DNA of 64,000 nucleotides from Gammaproteobacteria bacterium. Its GTDB lineage: Bacteria; Pseudomonadota; Gammaproteobacteria; CAJXQU01. Under the pieces are notes generated by a model. The model was not told the DNA's origin. It saw only the letters and a list, made by a program, of their open reading frames with translations, and did no database searches. The stretch is from the NCBI GenBank assembly GCA_965238175.1, contig CBDEGZ010000003.1, positions 2,627,885 to 2,691,884 of the forward strand. The letters run 5' to 3'. Below are positions 46,075 through 57,175 of this stretch, piece by piece; the stretch's first letter is position 1; each line of letters begins with the position of its first letter. Made by a program: the position numbers and the translations under genes.

Positions 46075-46332
46075 ATTGTTCCATCTCCTTTTTTATGTTT
46101 CGTTTTTGTCGTTGATCCTTCTATACGGCAGAAAGCAAGTATTGCGCCCGAGTATTGCTTCCTTACTTTTCAATGGCTTAGCGCATATCGATAGTTTTAC
46201 AAAGGCTCATTAAGTCAAATTGTGTTGCCTGTGGGCGACAAATAGGCGTAAGTTGCGCCTGGATAAAGTGAATCAATTTGGGAAATTTTAATTCGAAGAG
46301 TCGTGTTTTGCAATCAAGGGCAGACATTCAAG

Positions 46333-46848
46333 CTAGTAATGAATCAAAGAGTGGATCCGATAACCGGATAACTTTTCTCGCCCCTTAAGTTCGTCAAGCT
46401 CAACAATAAATGCGCAGGCCACCACTTCCGCACCTAACTTTTCGATCAATTTACAACTCGCAGCAGCCGTTCCTCCGGTTGCAATTAAATCATCAATAAT
46501 TAATACGCGATCTTTCTCTGTTAATGCATCAATATGTACTTCTAGTGAGTTAGCTCCATACTCAAGATCATATGATGCAGTTACAACATCAAAGGGTAAT
46601 TTTCCAGGTTTACGCAATGGTACAAAACCAACACCTAGTTCCCATGCAACTAAGCTTCCAAAAATAAAACCTCGAGCCTCCATTCCTGCGACAGCTGTAA
46701 TTTCCTCGCCTAAGAAAGGTTGTATCATCTGATAAACAGCTAATTTCATCGTTGCAGGATCTTTTACAAGTGGCATAACATCTTTAAATTGAATTCCTGA
46801 CTCGGGAAAGTCAGAAATATTTCTTATTTTATCTTTTAGCTGTTGCAC
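46333..46848 (-). CDS. apt: Adenine phosphoribosyltransferase
   Basis: PRPP-binding motif VLIIDDLIATGGT. 171 aa. Confidence 0.9.
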   Translation of the reverse strand: MQQLKDKIRNISDFPESGIQFKDVMPLVKDPATMKLAVYQMIQPFLGEEITAVAGMEARGFIFGSLVAWELGVGFVPLRKPGKLPFDVVTASYDLEYGANSLEVHIDALTEKDRVLIIDDLIATGGTAAASCKLIEKLGAEVVACAFIVELDELKGREKLSGYRIHSLIHY

Positions 46849-46959
46849 AACATTTCCTTTTTAATTCAGAAACTTACTCAATAATAACATACCAAACTAT
46901 TGACAAACATCACAATTTTATAGAAGGTTACACTAAAATTATTTCAGGGTGGGTAAAAC

Positions 46960-47523
46960 ATGTTTAAAGTATTAATTGCAGCTATTCTTGGTGGAGCTAT
47001 ATCCTTTGCATGGACAAGTGCTTCCTGGATGTTCTTACCATGGCACCAACAAACAATTAAACATTTTGATAACGAACAAGCTGTAGCAAAAACACTGAAA
47101 GCTCAAGTCGAAGAAGATGGAATTTATCTTATACCTAAAATTGATCAAAATTCAGCAAAGCCAATGGAGGCAACAGCAAGTACGGATACATTTGCCTTTA
47201 TTTCTCTTAGATCAAATGGTACAGGCATGAGTATGCAAGAGTCTATGAAATTTTCTTTTTTCAATAGCATTTTTATCAGTATCCTCATCGTAATACTTCT
47301 ATCATGCACTTCTGATCTAGGTTATATGGCTAGAGTATTTTTTGTTATGATGGTTGGTTTAATAGGAGCTTTATCAGGCCATGTTCCCAACTGGATCTGG
47401 TGGGGGTTTGCTACCAACTATACTATTGTAATGATGGTCGATATCGTTATCGGTTGGTTTCTTGCCGGCTTAGTTATCGCTGCATTTGTCGGACGTGAAC
47501 CTGAGTTTGAACTTAACGAGTAG
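46960..47523 (+). CDS. Small integral membrane protein of unknown function
   Basis: N-terminal TM helix plus three C-terminal TM helices. No recognisable motif. Confidence 0.3.
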   Translation: MFKVLIAAILGGAISFAWTSASWMFLPWHQQTIKHFDNEQAVAKTLKAQVEEDGIYLIPKIDQNSAKPMEATASTDTFAFISLRSNGTGMSMQESMKFSFFNSIFISILIVILLSCTSDLGYMARVFFVMMVGLIGALSGHVPNWIWWGFATNYTIVMMVDIVIGWFLAGLVIAAFVGREPEFELNE

Positions 47524-47533
47524 CCATTTAAGT

Positions 47534-48445
47534 TTATGCTGTCCACTCATCCCAATAAGGTATTGGCTGGAAACGTTGGATCAAAAATTCCACAAACATT
47601 CGAACCTTGGCAGAAAGGTGTCTACGGTGTAAATACATAACATGGATGGGTCGTTGTGCGGGTTCGTATTTTTCCAAAATAACTTTCAACCGACCTAGTT
47701 TTATATCCTGACCAACCATGTAAGTTGGCTCCTGAATAACACCCAAACCTTTTATACCACCTACTCTGAGTGTGTCGCCGACATTTGATTTCATACAACC
47801 TGATACTTTAACCGAAAAATCTTCGCCATCTCGTCGAAACTGCCATTCATTCGAAGGAAACCTTGGTGTGAAAAGCAAACATTTATGCTCTGCTAATTCC
47901 TCCGGGGTTTTAGGAATGCCGTGCTCAGCTAGATAGTCTGGAGATGCACAAACAACCATTCTTGCAGAAGCAATTTGACGCGCAATTAAGCTAGAATCGC
48001 TTAATTCACCAACTCTAATAGAAAGATCTAATCCTTCTTCTACAAGATCAGCTTCACGATCCGTTAATATTAATTCAACACTAATATCGGGAAATTCCTC
48101 CATAAAATCAGCAGCGGCTCTTGAGAGATGGAAAGCACCAAATGATGTAGGTGCCATCATTTTAAGCATCCCAGTTGGCTCGGTGTTAAGGTGAGAAACA
48201 GAGAGTTCAGTTTCTTCTATCTCCGCTAAAATAACACTAACCCTCTCCCGATAAGCTGAACCAACTTCTGTCAAACTAATTTTCCTGGTGGTGCGGTTGA
48301 AAAGACGGACTCCCAATGTGTTTTCTAAAGCAGTGATATGTTTTGAAGCCATTGCCTTAGAGATACCAAGATCTGATGCTGCGGCCGAAAAACTTCCAAG
48401 TTTTGCAACGCGAGCGAACACTTTCATACTAACTAATTTATCCAT
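47534..48445 (-). CDS. LysR-family transcriptional regulator
   Basis: N-terminal HTH (FSAAASDLGISKAMASKHITALENTLGVRLFNRTTR) plus LysR substrate-binding domain. Confidence 0.8.
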   Translation of the reverse strand: MDKLVSMKVFARVAKLGSFSAAASDLGISKAMASKHITALENTLGVRLFNRTTRKISLTEVGSAYRERVSVILAEIEETELSVSHLNTEPTGMLKMMAPTSFGAFHLSRAAADFMEEFPDISVELILTDREADLVEEGLDLSIRVGELSDSSLIARQIASARMVVCASPDYLAEHGIPKTPEELAEHKCLLFTPRFPSNEWQFRRDGEDFSVKVSGCMKSNVGDTLRVGGIKGLGVIQEPTYMVGQDIKLGRLKVILEKYEPAQRPIHVMYLHRRHLSAKVRMFVEFLIQRFQPIPYWDEWTA

Positions 48446-48769
48446 AGCATCAATATTTTCTTATTTTGAAACAATATATTAACTAACTGCTGTATTGAAA
48501 TGCAAATAGAATAACAATATTATCTAAGTAAGTAGATAACTCCTGAATAATTTACTAGGTTTCTATTGAATCTATTGAAATAACTAATGAAAGAAATCGA
48601 AAACATCACTGTCATGATGCTAAGTGAAGAAATTTATAAACAGGTTTTCCTAACCAGCAATTCAAATCATGGCCTCCCCTAGTGTAATTGCTGATTTTTG
48701 TACACAACGAAAGTTATGTACTTTTTTATTCCAGCCTGCTGGTATTCTATCAGCAGGCTTTCTTAATTA

Positions 48770-51514
48770 TTAACCTGTCCAACCTAAACCTGAAGCAATA
48801 CAGTTGATTGATAGAAGTAGTGGAATTAATTCCTTTTCACGTTCACTACCTATTTTATCAGATCCTCTGAACTGCTTGATCAAACCAACTTGTTCCCTTC
48901 CTATCTGATTAATTGTTACGAGGCGCCTTTTCAACTTACGACGAAAACGAGGGAACCTCTCTGCGAGTGTTTCTCCTCCTGAAACTCGAAGAACTTGTTC
49001 TACCGTTTTATGAAACTCAGTTTCAATCATTGAAAATATTCGCTCTCGAAGATCTGCATTTTGTACCAAATTAGCATATTCTCTGGCTATTTCCATATCA
49101 ACCTGAATTAAGGTTTTTTCGGCTTCATCAATTATCAATCTAAAGAGACGAGAACTATCAAACATTTCTCGCAGCAACGTTACTCCTTCAGCTCCATTTT
49201 TAGACAAGTAGTTTTCAAGTGCACTCCCTAATCCATACCAACCGGGAACAAGGTGACGATTTTGACTCCATGCAAACACCCAAGGAATAGCCCTGAGATC
49301 TGACAACGAACTCGCACCAAAACGTCTTGCGGGTCTCGATCCTATATTTAACAGTACAAGTTCTTCGACAGGGCTAGCTGCTTCGTAATAATCAACAAGT
49401 CCTGGTGTTTCAACTAATTCCCTATAAGCAGAAAAAGAACCAGCAGATAAGGAACTCAGTGCAGTTTCAAATTCAGGTTGCGGTGATAATGCTTGTTCTT
49501 TTTTTGATAAAAGAGAATGCGCAATAACACTTTCTGCTAGCAACTCCATGTTGTATTGTGCGGTTCCGCGGTTAGCAAACTTTGAAGACACAACCTCACC
49601 TTGCTCAGTTATGCGCAGTTGTCCATGAACAGAACCCGCTGGCTGTGCCGCTATTGCATGTCCGGTAGGTGCGCCACCCCGACTAACAGAGCCGCCTCTT
49701 CCATGAAAGAATGAAATCGGTATTCCGGTTTCTTCACCAACAATCGTAAGTTGTTTTTGTCCAGATGTTAATTCCCAATTAGAGGTCAAATAGCCTCCAT
49801 CTTTATTAGAATCTGAGTAACCGATCATTACTTCCTGTGATCCACCACACGCATTAATTGATCGCTTTACCAAAGGAATTACAAAAAGTTCACGCATGAT
49901 ATCTGGCGCGGCTCTTAAATCTCCTATCGTTTCAAATAAAGGCACAATCGCTATTGTGCAACATCTAACACCCTTAGCATCTTTGAATAAACCACCATAT
50001 TTTGCCAGCAAATAAATACCCAATATGTCAGTTGCACTTTGAGTCATACTTAAAATAAAACAGCCTATCGCCTCTCGATCCATTTTGTTTCTTGTTTCAG
50101 CAATCAACTGCATGAGCTCTATCGTCTCCTGCGCTTGATCTGGCAAATCGCGGAAACGAATATCATAATTAAGTGGTTTTTTAAGTTCTGACAAAATCCA
50201 ATTCTTCCAACTTGGTGAGGTTTTATCTGGACATTTTGATATGTCCATGCCTGTTAAACAGGTCCAAATAGATTGTAAGGTAGAATTTGTTGTATCAGAA
50301 TTTTGACGAAGATCTAAACTGACTGTTTTAAAACGAAAAGCCTCAACTTCTCTTCGAAGTGGCAGCAACATATTTTTAGTAAGTAATTCGCTACCAGAAT
50401 CAGTTAGCGCTTTTTCCATGACATTAAGATCATTAATCAATTTATCTGCCGTCGAATAAGCATAATCTGCTTTTGCAGGAATATCATCCAGTTCAGCTTT
50501 ATTAATAGTCTCTTCCAATTTCAAAAGCATACAAGCAGAATATTGGCGAAAAATCTCACCTGGATTCCTACTTGTAATTGACTTCCCTTTTCCAGAAGCT
50601 CTTAACTCCTTATTCAACTTATTTTGGAATGACTTTGATATATTAAGAGAGTTTTTTGTCACACTTAATTTAGCTGAGAAGTCCATCAACTGTTTTCTAT
50701 AACGATACAAAGTTGCTCGTCGATATCTAAATAAAGTTGTGCGTGTGACTTCGTTCGTTACAAAAGGATTCCCATCTCGATCTCCTCCTATCCATGATCC
50801 AAATTGGAAAAATGGTGGCATCGAAAAGCTGTCCTCAGAATATTCTGCTTTTAAAGCCAATTCAAATTTTTCTAATAATTCAGGAACACGATCAAATAGT
50901 GATTCTTTGAAAAAATGTAGGCCCCACGCAACCTCTTGTTCAACACTGGGTTTTTCTAAACGTAATTCCCCGGTTAACCAAAGAAGATCTATTTCACTTT
51001 TAAGCTCATCAACAAAAGATTGTCGTTCTCTTGGGGTCCAACGTGCATTATCAATTTTAATAAGAAGGAGATATATACGGCGGTGTATTTCAAGTACGGT
51101 AACTCGTTTTGCCTCTGTAGGATGGGCCGTGATAACCGGACGAATACGCGCTGTATCAAGTAATGATTGAAATTCAGCGGCAGTAACACCCGCTTTTTTT
51201 GCAGTAGCGACAATGCTTGCGAAAGAACCGGCTAACTCAGAACCACTGCGTTCTGTTTCAATCAAACGACGGCGACGCATTCCTGCGCTTTCTTCAGCGA
51301 TATTAAGAAGCTGAAACCAAATACCTTGAGCTTGTAAGACAGGCACCAACAAACCGTCGTCAGCTGAAACTTCCTCTTCACCCTTAATAACGGCAACGAT
51401 TTCAGGCTGCCGATTCTCTAGAGATTCAATTAAAGTTTCAAAAAGTAAAGTAGCGGTCTTATTTGCATAAGCCGCTACTCTTTCTGCTATTGTTTCATTA
51501 GAAGTCGTGGTCAT
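48770..51514 (-). CDS. ppc: Phosphoenolpyruvate carboxylase
   Basis: Conserved VITAHPTE, GYSDSNKDGG and FHGRGGSVSRGGAP motifs. 914 aa. Confidence 0.85.
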   Translation of the reverse strand: MTTTSNETIAERVAAYANKTATLLFETLIESLENRQPEIVAVIKGEEEVSADDGLLVPVLQAQGIWFQLLNIAEESAGMRRRRLIETERSGSELAGSFASIVATAKKAGVTAAEFQSLLDTARIRPVITAHPTEAKRVTVLEIHRRIYLLLIKIDNARWTPRERQSFVDELKSEIDLLWLTGELRLEKPSVEQEVAWGLHFFKESLFDRVPELLEKFELALKAEYSEDSFSMPPFFQFGSWIGGDRDGNPFVTNEVTRTTLFRYRRATLYRYRKQLMDFSAKLSVTKNSLNISKSFQNKLNKELRASGKGKSITSRNPGEIFRQYSACMLLKLEETINKAELDDIPAKADYAYSTADKLINDLNVMEKALTDSGSELLTKNMLLPLRREVEAFRFKTVSLDLRQNSDTTNSTLQSIWTCLTGMDISKCPDKTSPSWKNWILSELKKPLNYDIRFRDLPDQAQETIELMQLIAETRNKMDREAIGCFILSMTQSATDILGIYLLAKYGGLFKDAKGVRCCTIAIVPLFETIGDLRAAPDIMRELFVIPLVKRSINACGGSQEVMIGYSDSNKDGGYLTSNWELTSGQKQLTIVGEETGIPISFFHGRGGSVSRGGAPTGHAIAAQPAGSVHGQLRITEQGEVVSSKFANRGTAQYNMELLAESVIAHSLLSKKEQALSPQPEFETALSSLSAGSFSAYRELVETPGLVDYYEAASPVEELVLLNIGSRPARRFGASSLSDLRAIPWVFAWSQNRHLVPGWYGLGSALENYLSKNGAEGVTLLREMFDSSRLFRLIIDEAEKTLIQVDMEIAREYANLVQNADLRERIFSMIETEFHKTVEQVLRVSGGETLAERFPRFRRKLKRRLVTINQIGREQVGLIKQFRGSDKIGSEREKELIPLLLSINCIASGLGWTG

Positions 51515-51552
51515 GCCGTTACCTTTTATTTTTCCGGCATCTACTAAACACC

Positions 51553-52524
51553 TTAAACCACACGATCTCTAGGTGGCTCACCAGCAAAGAAAGCATTAAG
51601 ATTTTCAACTACTCTCATACCCATAGCAATACGTGTATCAAGCGTAGCGCTTCCTAAATGAGGTAATAAGACGACGTTATCCATAGTCAACAGTTCTTCA
51701 GTTACTTGTGGCTCTTTGGCAAAAACATCCAATCCTGCTGCAGCGATCGTGCCTTTCTTAAGTGCATCAACTAATGCGGGTTCATCCACAACATCACCCC
51801 TGGCAGTATTAATCAGAATCGCATCATCTCGCATCAGAGCAAATCGTTTAGCATTCATAAGATTCGTATTAGAACCACCTCCAGGGCAGTGTAATGTAAC
51901 AAAATCAACTTGTGATAATACTTCTTCAACAGTATCACATTGAATAGCACCAAACTTATTGATCACTTCTTGACTTGGTGGATATGGATCATAAAAATAG
52001 ATCTTCATACCGAAACCAAAATGTGCTTTATGGGCCATAGCCTGGGCGATACGGCCAAAACCGATCAAACCAAGTTTTTTACCAGTAACCTTCGTACCCA
52101 TCATGTGAGTTGGGCGCCAACCAGTCCAGGCTTTCGTTCGAACATGTCGTTCACCCTCACCAGCACGTCTCGCTGTCATGAGCATTAATGTCATGGCAGT
52201 ATCAGCCGTACAATCCGTCAATACTTCTGGTGTATTAGTGACGACTAAATCATTCAATTTTGCAGCTTCAAGATCAATATGGTTAAACCCAACGCCAAAG
52301 TTACCAATAACTCTAGCTTTCATATTGTCTACATTAATAACGTCCGCATTTATTTTGTCCGAAACAGTTGGGCAAACAGCATCTGCAGTCTGAAACGCAT
52401 TAGCTAATTCATCTGCAGTCATTGGTACGTCATCTGTGTTTAATTGCACATCAAACAATTCTTGCATATGTTTTTCGACAGCTTCAGGCCACCGACGAGT
52501 TACAATAACTTTAGGTTTACTCAT
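51553..52524 (-). CDS. hprA: Hydroxypyruvate reductase / D-isomer-specific 2-hydroxyacid dehydrogenase (serine cycle)
   Basis: NAD-binding GLIGFGRIAQAMA. Catalytic R/E/H of D-2-hydroxyacid dehydrogenases. Context within the serine-cycle cluster. Confidence 0.7.
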   Translation of the reverse strand: MSKPKVIVTRRWPEAVEKHMQELFDVQLNTDDVPMTADELANAFQTADAVCPTVSDKINADVINVDNMKARVIGNFGVGFNHIDLEAAKLNDLVVTNTPEVLTDCTADTAMTLMLMTARRAGEGERHVRTKAWTGWRPTHMMGTKVTGKKLGLIGFGRIAQAMAHKAHFGFGMKIYFYDPYPPSQEVINKFGAIQCDTVEEVLSQVDFVTLHCPGGGSNTNLMNAKRFALMRDDAILINTARGDVVDEPALVDALKKGTIAAAGLDVFAKEPQVTEELLTMDNVVLLPHLGSATLDTRIAMGMRVVENLNAFFAGEPPRDRVV

Positions 52525-52534
52525 GAGTTAACTC

Positions 52535-53425
52535 CTACGAAATTTTTTCCATGATCTTTGCAACAGTAGGTCCAAAGTCGGAAGGTGTTGGCACAATAGT
52601 GACGCCCATATCTTGGAGTAGATCAACTTTTTCTGCTGCACTTTCACCTACCGCAGAAATAATCGCGCCAGCATGTCCCATTCGGCGACCTTTAGGAGCG
52701 GTCAATCCAGCAATGTAGGCAACAACAGGTTTGCTCATATTTTCTTTCGCAAACATGCCAGCATCAACTTCTTGAGGTCCACCGATCTCACCGATCATTA
52801 CAACTACTTTAGTTTCAGGATCTTCTTCAAAATACTCAAAATGATCTCTGAAGGCACTACCATTAATCGGATCACCACCAATACCTATACTGGTTGAGAT
52901 CCCGATACCCAGTTCTTTCATCTGCGATGCGGCTTCATAGCCCAATGTACCGGATCGACCAACAACACCCACATTACCCGGCATGTATATATGGCCTGGC
53001 ATAATGCCCATCATGCATTTTCCTGGGCTTATTGAGCCTGCACAGTTAGGTCCAGTTAGAACCATTCGATCTTCTCGTTTATAACGTCGCATATAACGCT
53101 TAACACGGATCATGTCATGTGAAGGAATACCATCAGTGATTGCTACACAAAACTTTATACCACCATCTGCGGCTTCCATAATGCCATCTGCAGCATACGG
53201 TGGTGGTACAAATACGATACTCGCATCTGCTCCAGTCTCTCTAACAGCATCTTTCACTGTATCAAAAACTGGACGGCTTAAATGAGTTGTACCACCTTTA
53301 CCAGGTGTTACACCACCAACAACATTTGTACCATATTCGATCATTTCCTCAGCATGGAAAGTACCGATCTGGCCGGTGAATCCTTGAACGATCACCTTTG
53401 AATTTTCATCTAATAAAATTGCCAT
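52535..53425 (-). CDS. mtkB: Malate--CoA ligase (malate thiokinase) alpha subunit, SucD-like
   Basis: CoA-binding and catalytic-His region of the succinyl-CoA synthetase alpha family. Assigned as MtkB by co-location with mcl and sgaA. Confidence 0.65.
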   Translation of the reverse strand: MAILLDENSKVIVQGFTGQIGTFHAEEMIEYGTNVVGGVTPGKGGTTHLSRPVFDTVKDAVRETGADASIVFVPPPYAADGIMEAADGGIKFCVAITDGIPSHDMIRVKRYMRRYKREDRMVLTGPNCAGSISPGKCMMGIMPGHIYMPGNVGVVGRSGTLGYEAASQMKELGIGISTSIGIGGDPINGSAFRDHFEYFEEDPETKVVVMIGEIGGPQEVDAGMFAKENMSKPVVAYIAGLTAPKGRRMGHAGAIISAVGESAAEKVDLLQDMGVTIVPTPSDFGPTVAKIMEKIS

Positions 53426-53443
53426 TTTCGAATTCCTCTTGTC

Positions 53444-54622
53444 TTATGACTTTCCAGTGTGACCTTTCCAAACTGCCACCGCTTTTTCTGCCGCTTCTTG
53501 GAGAGTATCCGCCATGATGATATCGAGACCACTGTCTTTGATGATCTTACGACCAGCCTCGACATTAGTACCAGACAACCTTACAACTAAAGGAACACCT
53601 AGTTCTATTTTCTGAACCGCCTGGACAACCCCTTCTGCAATCCAATCACAGCGATTGATACCGGCGAAAATATTAACAAGGATCGTTTCAACATTATCAT
53701 CCGCCAGAACCAGCCGGAATGCTTTTGCAGTACGCTCTGCGGAAGCACCTCCACCGATATCCAGAAAATTGGCAGGTTCGCCACCAGAATGTTGGATCAT
53801 ATCCATAGTCGCCATAGCCAAACCAGCACCATTGATAATACAGCCAATATTCCCATCCAGACCAACATAACTTAAGCCACGATCAGCGGCTTGCATTTCA
53901 CGGGGATCTTCTTGTGACTTATCTCGAAGTTCAGCAATTTTCGCATGTCGGAACATTGCGTTATCATCAAAGGACATTTTGCCATCTAATGCTAATAATC
54001 GACCATCTCCGGTCACAACAAGAGGATTGATCTCAACCATAGTGCCATCAAGATCGCGCATAGCGCGATAAGCCCCCTGGAACGTAGTTACCGCTTGACT
54101 AGTCATTGAAGCAGGTAAATCCAATGCAAATGCTAATTCTCGCGCTTGAAAGTCTTGCAGACCAACCGCAGGTTCCACATGAATTTTAATAATTGCTTCT
54201 GGCTTTTCGACGGCCAACTGCTCAATGTCTATTCCGCCTTCTGCGGAAGCCACAACAGTGACTCGCTCAGCCGCGCGATCTAAAACAAATGCCAGATATA
54301 TTTCACGCTTAATATCACAACCTTGTTCTATATAAAGTCGGTGTACCACTTTGCCCTGCGGACCTGTTTGATGAGTAATTAAGCGTTTACCGAGTAATTC
54401 ATCGGCCGCATCCCAAATTTCGTCATCTGTTTTACAAATCTTGATACCACCCGCTTTACCGCGAGCGCCTGAATGGATCTGAGCCTTAACGGCCCAGACT
54501 TCGCCACCTATTTCCTTAGCTCGATATACAGCTTGTTCTGGACTATAGGCTAAACCACCTGGTCCTACGCCAACACCAAATTCAGCCAGGAGTTCTTTTG
54601 CTTGATATTCGTGGATTTCCAC
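53444..54622 (-). CDS. mtkA: Malate--CoA ligase beta subunit, SucC-like
   Basis: ATP-grasp [17 protein letters not shown]... Assigned as MtkA by context. Confidence 0.65.
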   Translation of the reverse strand: MEIHEYQAKELLAEFGVGVGPGGLAYSPEQAVYRAKEIGGEVWAVKAQIHSGARGKAGGIKICKTDDEIWDAADELLGKRLITHQTGPQGKVVHRLYIEQGCDIKREIYLAFVLDRAAERVTVVASAEGGIDIEQLAVEKPEAIIKIHVEPAVGLQDFQARELAFALDLPASMTSQAVTTFQGAYRAMRDLDGTMVEINPLVVTGDGRLLALDGKMSFDDNAMFRHAKIAELRDKSQEDPREMQAADRGLSYVGLDGNIGCIINGAGLAMATMDMIQHSGGEPANFLDIGGGASAERTAKAFRLVLADDNVETILVNIFAGINRCDWIAEGVVQAVQKIELGVPLVVRLSGTNVEAGRKIIKDSGLDIIMADTLQEAAEKAVAVWKGHTGKS

Positions 54623-54645
54623 TACGATTCTCCTCTTTTAAATTA

Positions 54646-55593
54646 TTATTTCGCACCAATTTGATCGGCTTGTGCGATCACATTACGTGCCATCTTTTCA
54701 GACGCAATATCGATCATTTTACCGTCTAATTGAGCAGCGCCTTTACCTGCTGCCGCAGCCTCCTCCAATGCTTCTAAAACACGACGTGCACGAGTTACTT
54801 CTGCTTCAGGCGGAGACATAACTTCGTTCGCTAATGGGATCTGTTTAGGATGAATAGCCCACTTTCCTTCATAGCCAAGGGCTGCGACACGTCTTGCCGC
54901 TTCACGGAAAGCATCATCATCGCTGAAATCACCAAATGGACCATCAATCGCACGTAAGCCAAAAGCACGACATGCCGTCAACATTTGTACTTGTGCTGCA
55001 TGCCATTGATCAATCTCAACACCCTTACAAGCGTAATCCGGGTTTAAACCACCAATTACTGTAGTACGCGAACGTAGACTGGCAGCATAGTCAGCGACAC
55101 CAAAATGCAGAGCTTCCAATCTAGGGCTTGCTTGTGCAATCGTCATCACATTCGCACCGCCTAATGCAGTCTCAATTAAACATTCAAGACCAATTTTTTC
55201 TTTGATACCCATCGCATCTTCAACTTGCGTTAATAACATATCAACAGCGTAAACATCTTGTGCTGTTCCCACTTTCGGGATCAAAATCGTGTCGAGGTTG
55301 TTACCGGCTTGTTCAACTATATCAACAACGTCGCGATACATGTAATGAGTATCGAGTCCATTAATTCGAACAGAAATGGTTTTGCCACTCCAATCAATAT
55401 CATTTAAACCCTGGATAATATTTTTGCGTGCCTGATCTTTATCATCAGGAACTACGGCATCTTCACAGTCAAGAAAGACGTAATCTGCCTCTGATGATGC
55501 TGCTTTTTCAAACATTCCTGGATTTGAGCCTGGTACTGCAAGTTCACTTCGTTGCAAGCGCGGTTGCGCTTGTTCATATTGTGTAAAACTCAT
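54646..55593 (-). CDS. mcl: L-malyl-CoA/beta-methylmalyl-CoA lyase
   Basis: HpcH/HpaI-CitE fold. Sequence very close to the methylotroph Mcl as I recall it (MSFTxxxQAxPRLxRSELAVPGSNP...GPFGDFSD...EGKWAIHP). Confidence 0.8.
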   Translation of the reverse strand: MSFTQYEQAQPRLQRSELAVPGSNPGMFEKAASSEADYVFLDCEDAVVPDDKDQARKNIIQGLNDIDWSGKTISVRINGLDTHYMYRDVVDIVEQAGNNLDTILIPKVGTAQDVYAVDMLLTQVEDAMGIKEKIGLECLIETALGGANVMTIAQASPRLEALHFGVADYAASLRSRTTVIGGLNPDYACKGVEIDQWHAAQVQMLTACRAFGLRAIDGPFGDFSDDDAFREAARRVAALGYEGKWAIHPKQIPLANEVMSPPEAEVTRARRVLEALEEAAAAGKGAAQLDGKMIDIASEKMARNVIAQADQIGAK

Positions 55594-55677
55594 ATATAAC
55601 CCTTCCTAAGTCTTATAAACTTTTATTTTATTGTTATAAAAACATCCGCACTAGGCGGGTGTTTAGGTTAATTACGA

Positions 55678-56853
55678 TCAAATTCGGTCTTTAGCTGTCG
55701 AGCACAAATATTCTTGGGCTGCAGCAACACCACTACCTAATTCAATTGGGTAGCCAAGATCTTTCATACTCATCTCTGCACCGCTTAACGGAATCATAAG
55801 CATCAACTCATTCATATCGCCCATGTGGCCAATACGAAAACCTTGTCCCATCACTTGTCCAATAGTGATCGAAATTGCCAAGTTATATCGGCGATATGCA
55901 TGACGAGCAACTTCGTTTCCATCAAAACCTTCTGGAGTACGTACTGCTGTTACTGTATCTGATTGCCAACCATCTTGAGCAATAGTAGACATTCCCCAAG
56001 CTTTAACAGCCGCTCGAGTTGCAGTTGCAAAACGAGTATGACGAGCAAAAACGTTGTCCAAACCTTCTTCGAACAACATGTTTAGAGATTCACGCAAACC
56101 CCGGAGTAGATTCATAGGTGGTGTATATGGGAAAAAGCCAAGATCATTTGTTGCAATTTGATCTTCCCAGGCGAAGAAACAACGCGGGCATTCCGCTGAT
56201 TTATTTGCTTCAAGTGCTTTCTCACTTGCACAGACAATACCTAAACCCGTCGGTAGCATAAAACCTTTTTGTGAACCAGAGATTGCAAGATCAACACCCC
56301 ATTCATCCATACGGAAATCCAAACTGCCAACACCACTTACTGTGTCTACAAAATATAATGCAGGGTGATCACAAGAATCAATTGAGTCACGAACGGCTTT
56401 AATGTCAGACATAACGCCCGTTGCTGTTTCATTATGTGTTGCGAAAACTGCTTTAATCTCATGGTTTTTATCTTCTGCAAGAACTTCAGCAAATTTGTCA
56501 GCTGGCGTGCCAACCCCCCACTCACAATCGACTTCAATCACTTCCATACCAAGTCGTTGTGCACAGTCGATGAAAAGATGACTAAACTGACCGAAACGTG
56601 AAGCAAGTACTTTGCTACCTGGCTTTAATGTATTTGTAATTGCAGATTCCCAGGCACCTGTTCCGGATGAAGGAAAGATGAAGACTCGACCGTTTTCGGT
56701 TTTGAAAACTTTCTTCATGTCTGCATAAAGTGGTTTTGTGAATTCTGGAAGGTCAAGGGCACGCATGTCCTCTTGTTCTACGTTGATAGCATTCTGGATA
56801 CGACGCGGTACGTTCGTTGGCCCAGGTATATATAGGAAATTACGTCCAGCCAT
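55678..56853 (-). CDS. sgaA: Serine--glyoxylate aminotransferase (class V aminotransferase)
   Basis: PLP-Lys motif SGSQKG. AGT-family fold. Heads the serine-cycle operon. Confidence 0.75.
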   Translation of the reverse strand: MAGRNFLYIPGPTNVPRRIQNAINVEQEDMRALDLPEFTKPLYADMKKVFKTENGRVFIFPSSGTGAWESAITNTLKPGSKVLASRFGQFSHLFIDCAQRLGMEVIEVDCEWGVGTPADKFAEVLAEDKNHEIKAVFATHNETATGVMSDIKAVRDSIDSCDHPALYFVDTVSGVGSLDFRMDEWGVDLAISGSQKGFMLPTGLGIVCASEKALEANKSAECPRCFFAWEDQIATNDLGFFPYTPPMNLLRGLRESLNMLFEEGLDNVFARHTRFATATRAAVKAWGMSTIAQDGWQSDTVTAVRTPEGFDGNEVARHAYRRYNLAISITIGQVMGQGFRIGHMGDMNELMLMIPLSGAEMSMKDLGYPIELGSGVAAAQEYLCSTAKDRI

Positions 56854-57175
56854 TATAATTAAATCCTCTCATTTTATTGTTGTAGAAGAACCATAAAAAC
56901 TCTGTCTGCAAAATTCAGGAACAAAAAATTTAAACTCCTAAAAATTGGATCCAGATTTTTTACTTAAATTTATTAAGTTTATAATCGCTGCGAGACTATC
57001 GTTGCGATGCATCAGGAGATGCTATAGCTAAAGATATGATGGTGTCGTAATATAAGACACTCATTCAAGGTTCTTGACTCGCCTGAGCGAATGTTGATTT
57101 TACAAAATTATACTGATTTTAACAAAAATGCAATGAATAAGATTGATTCTCAAAAGTAACCAATCATTTTTCTGT

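Noticed and set aside
42600-46332. Prophage or integrative-element context for the DGR
   Set aside because: No integrase, terminase, tail, capsid or att-like repeats flank the cassette. Neighbours are fhs and apt. The DGR is treated as chromosomally resident rather than phage-borne.
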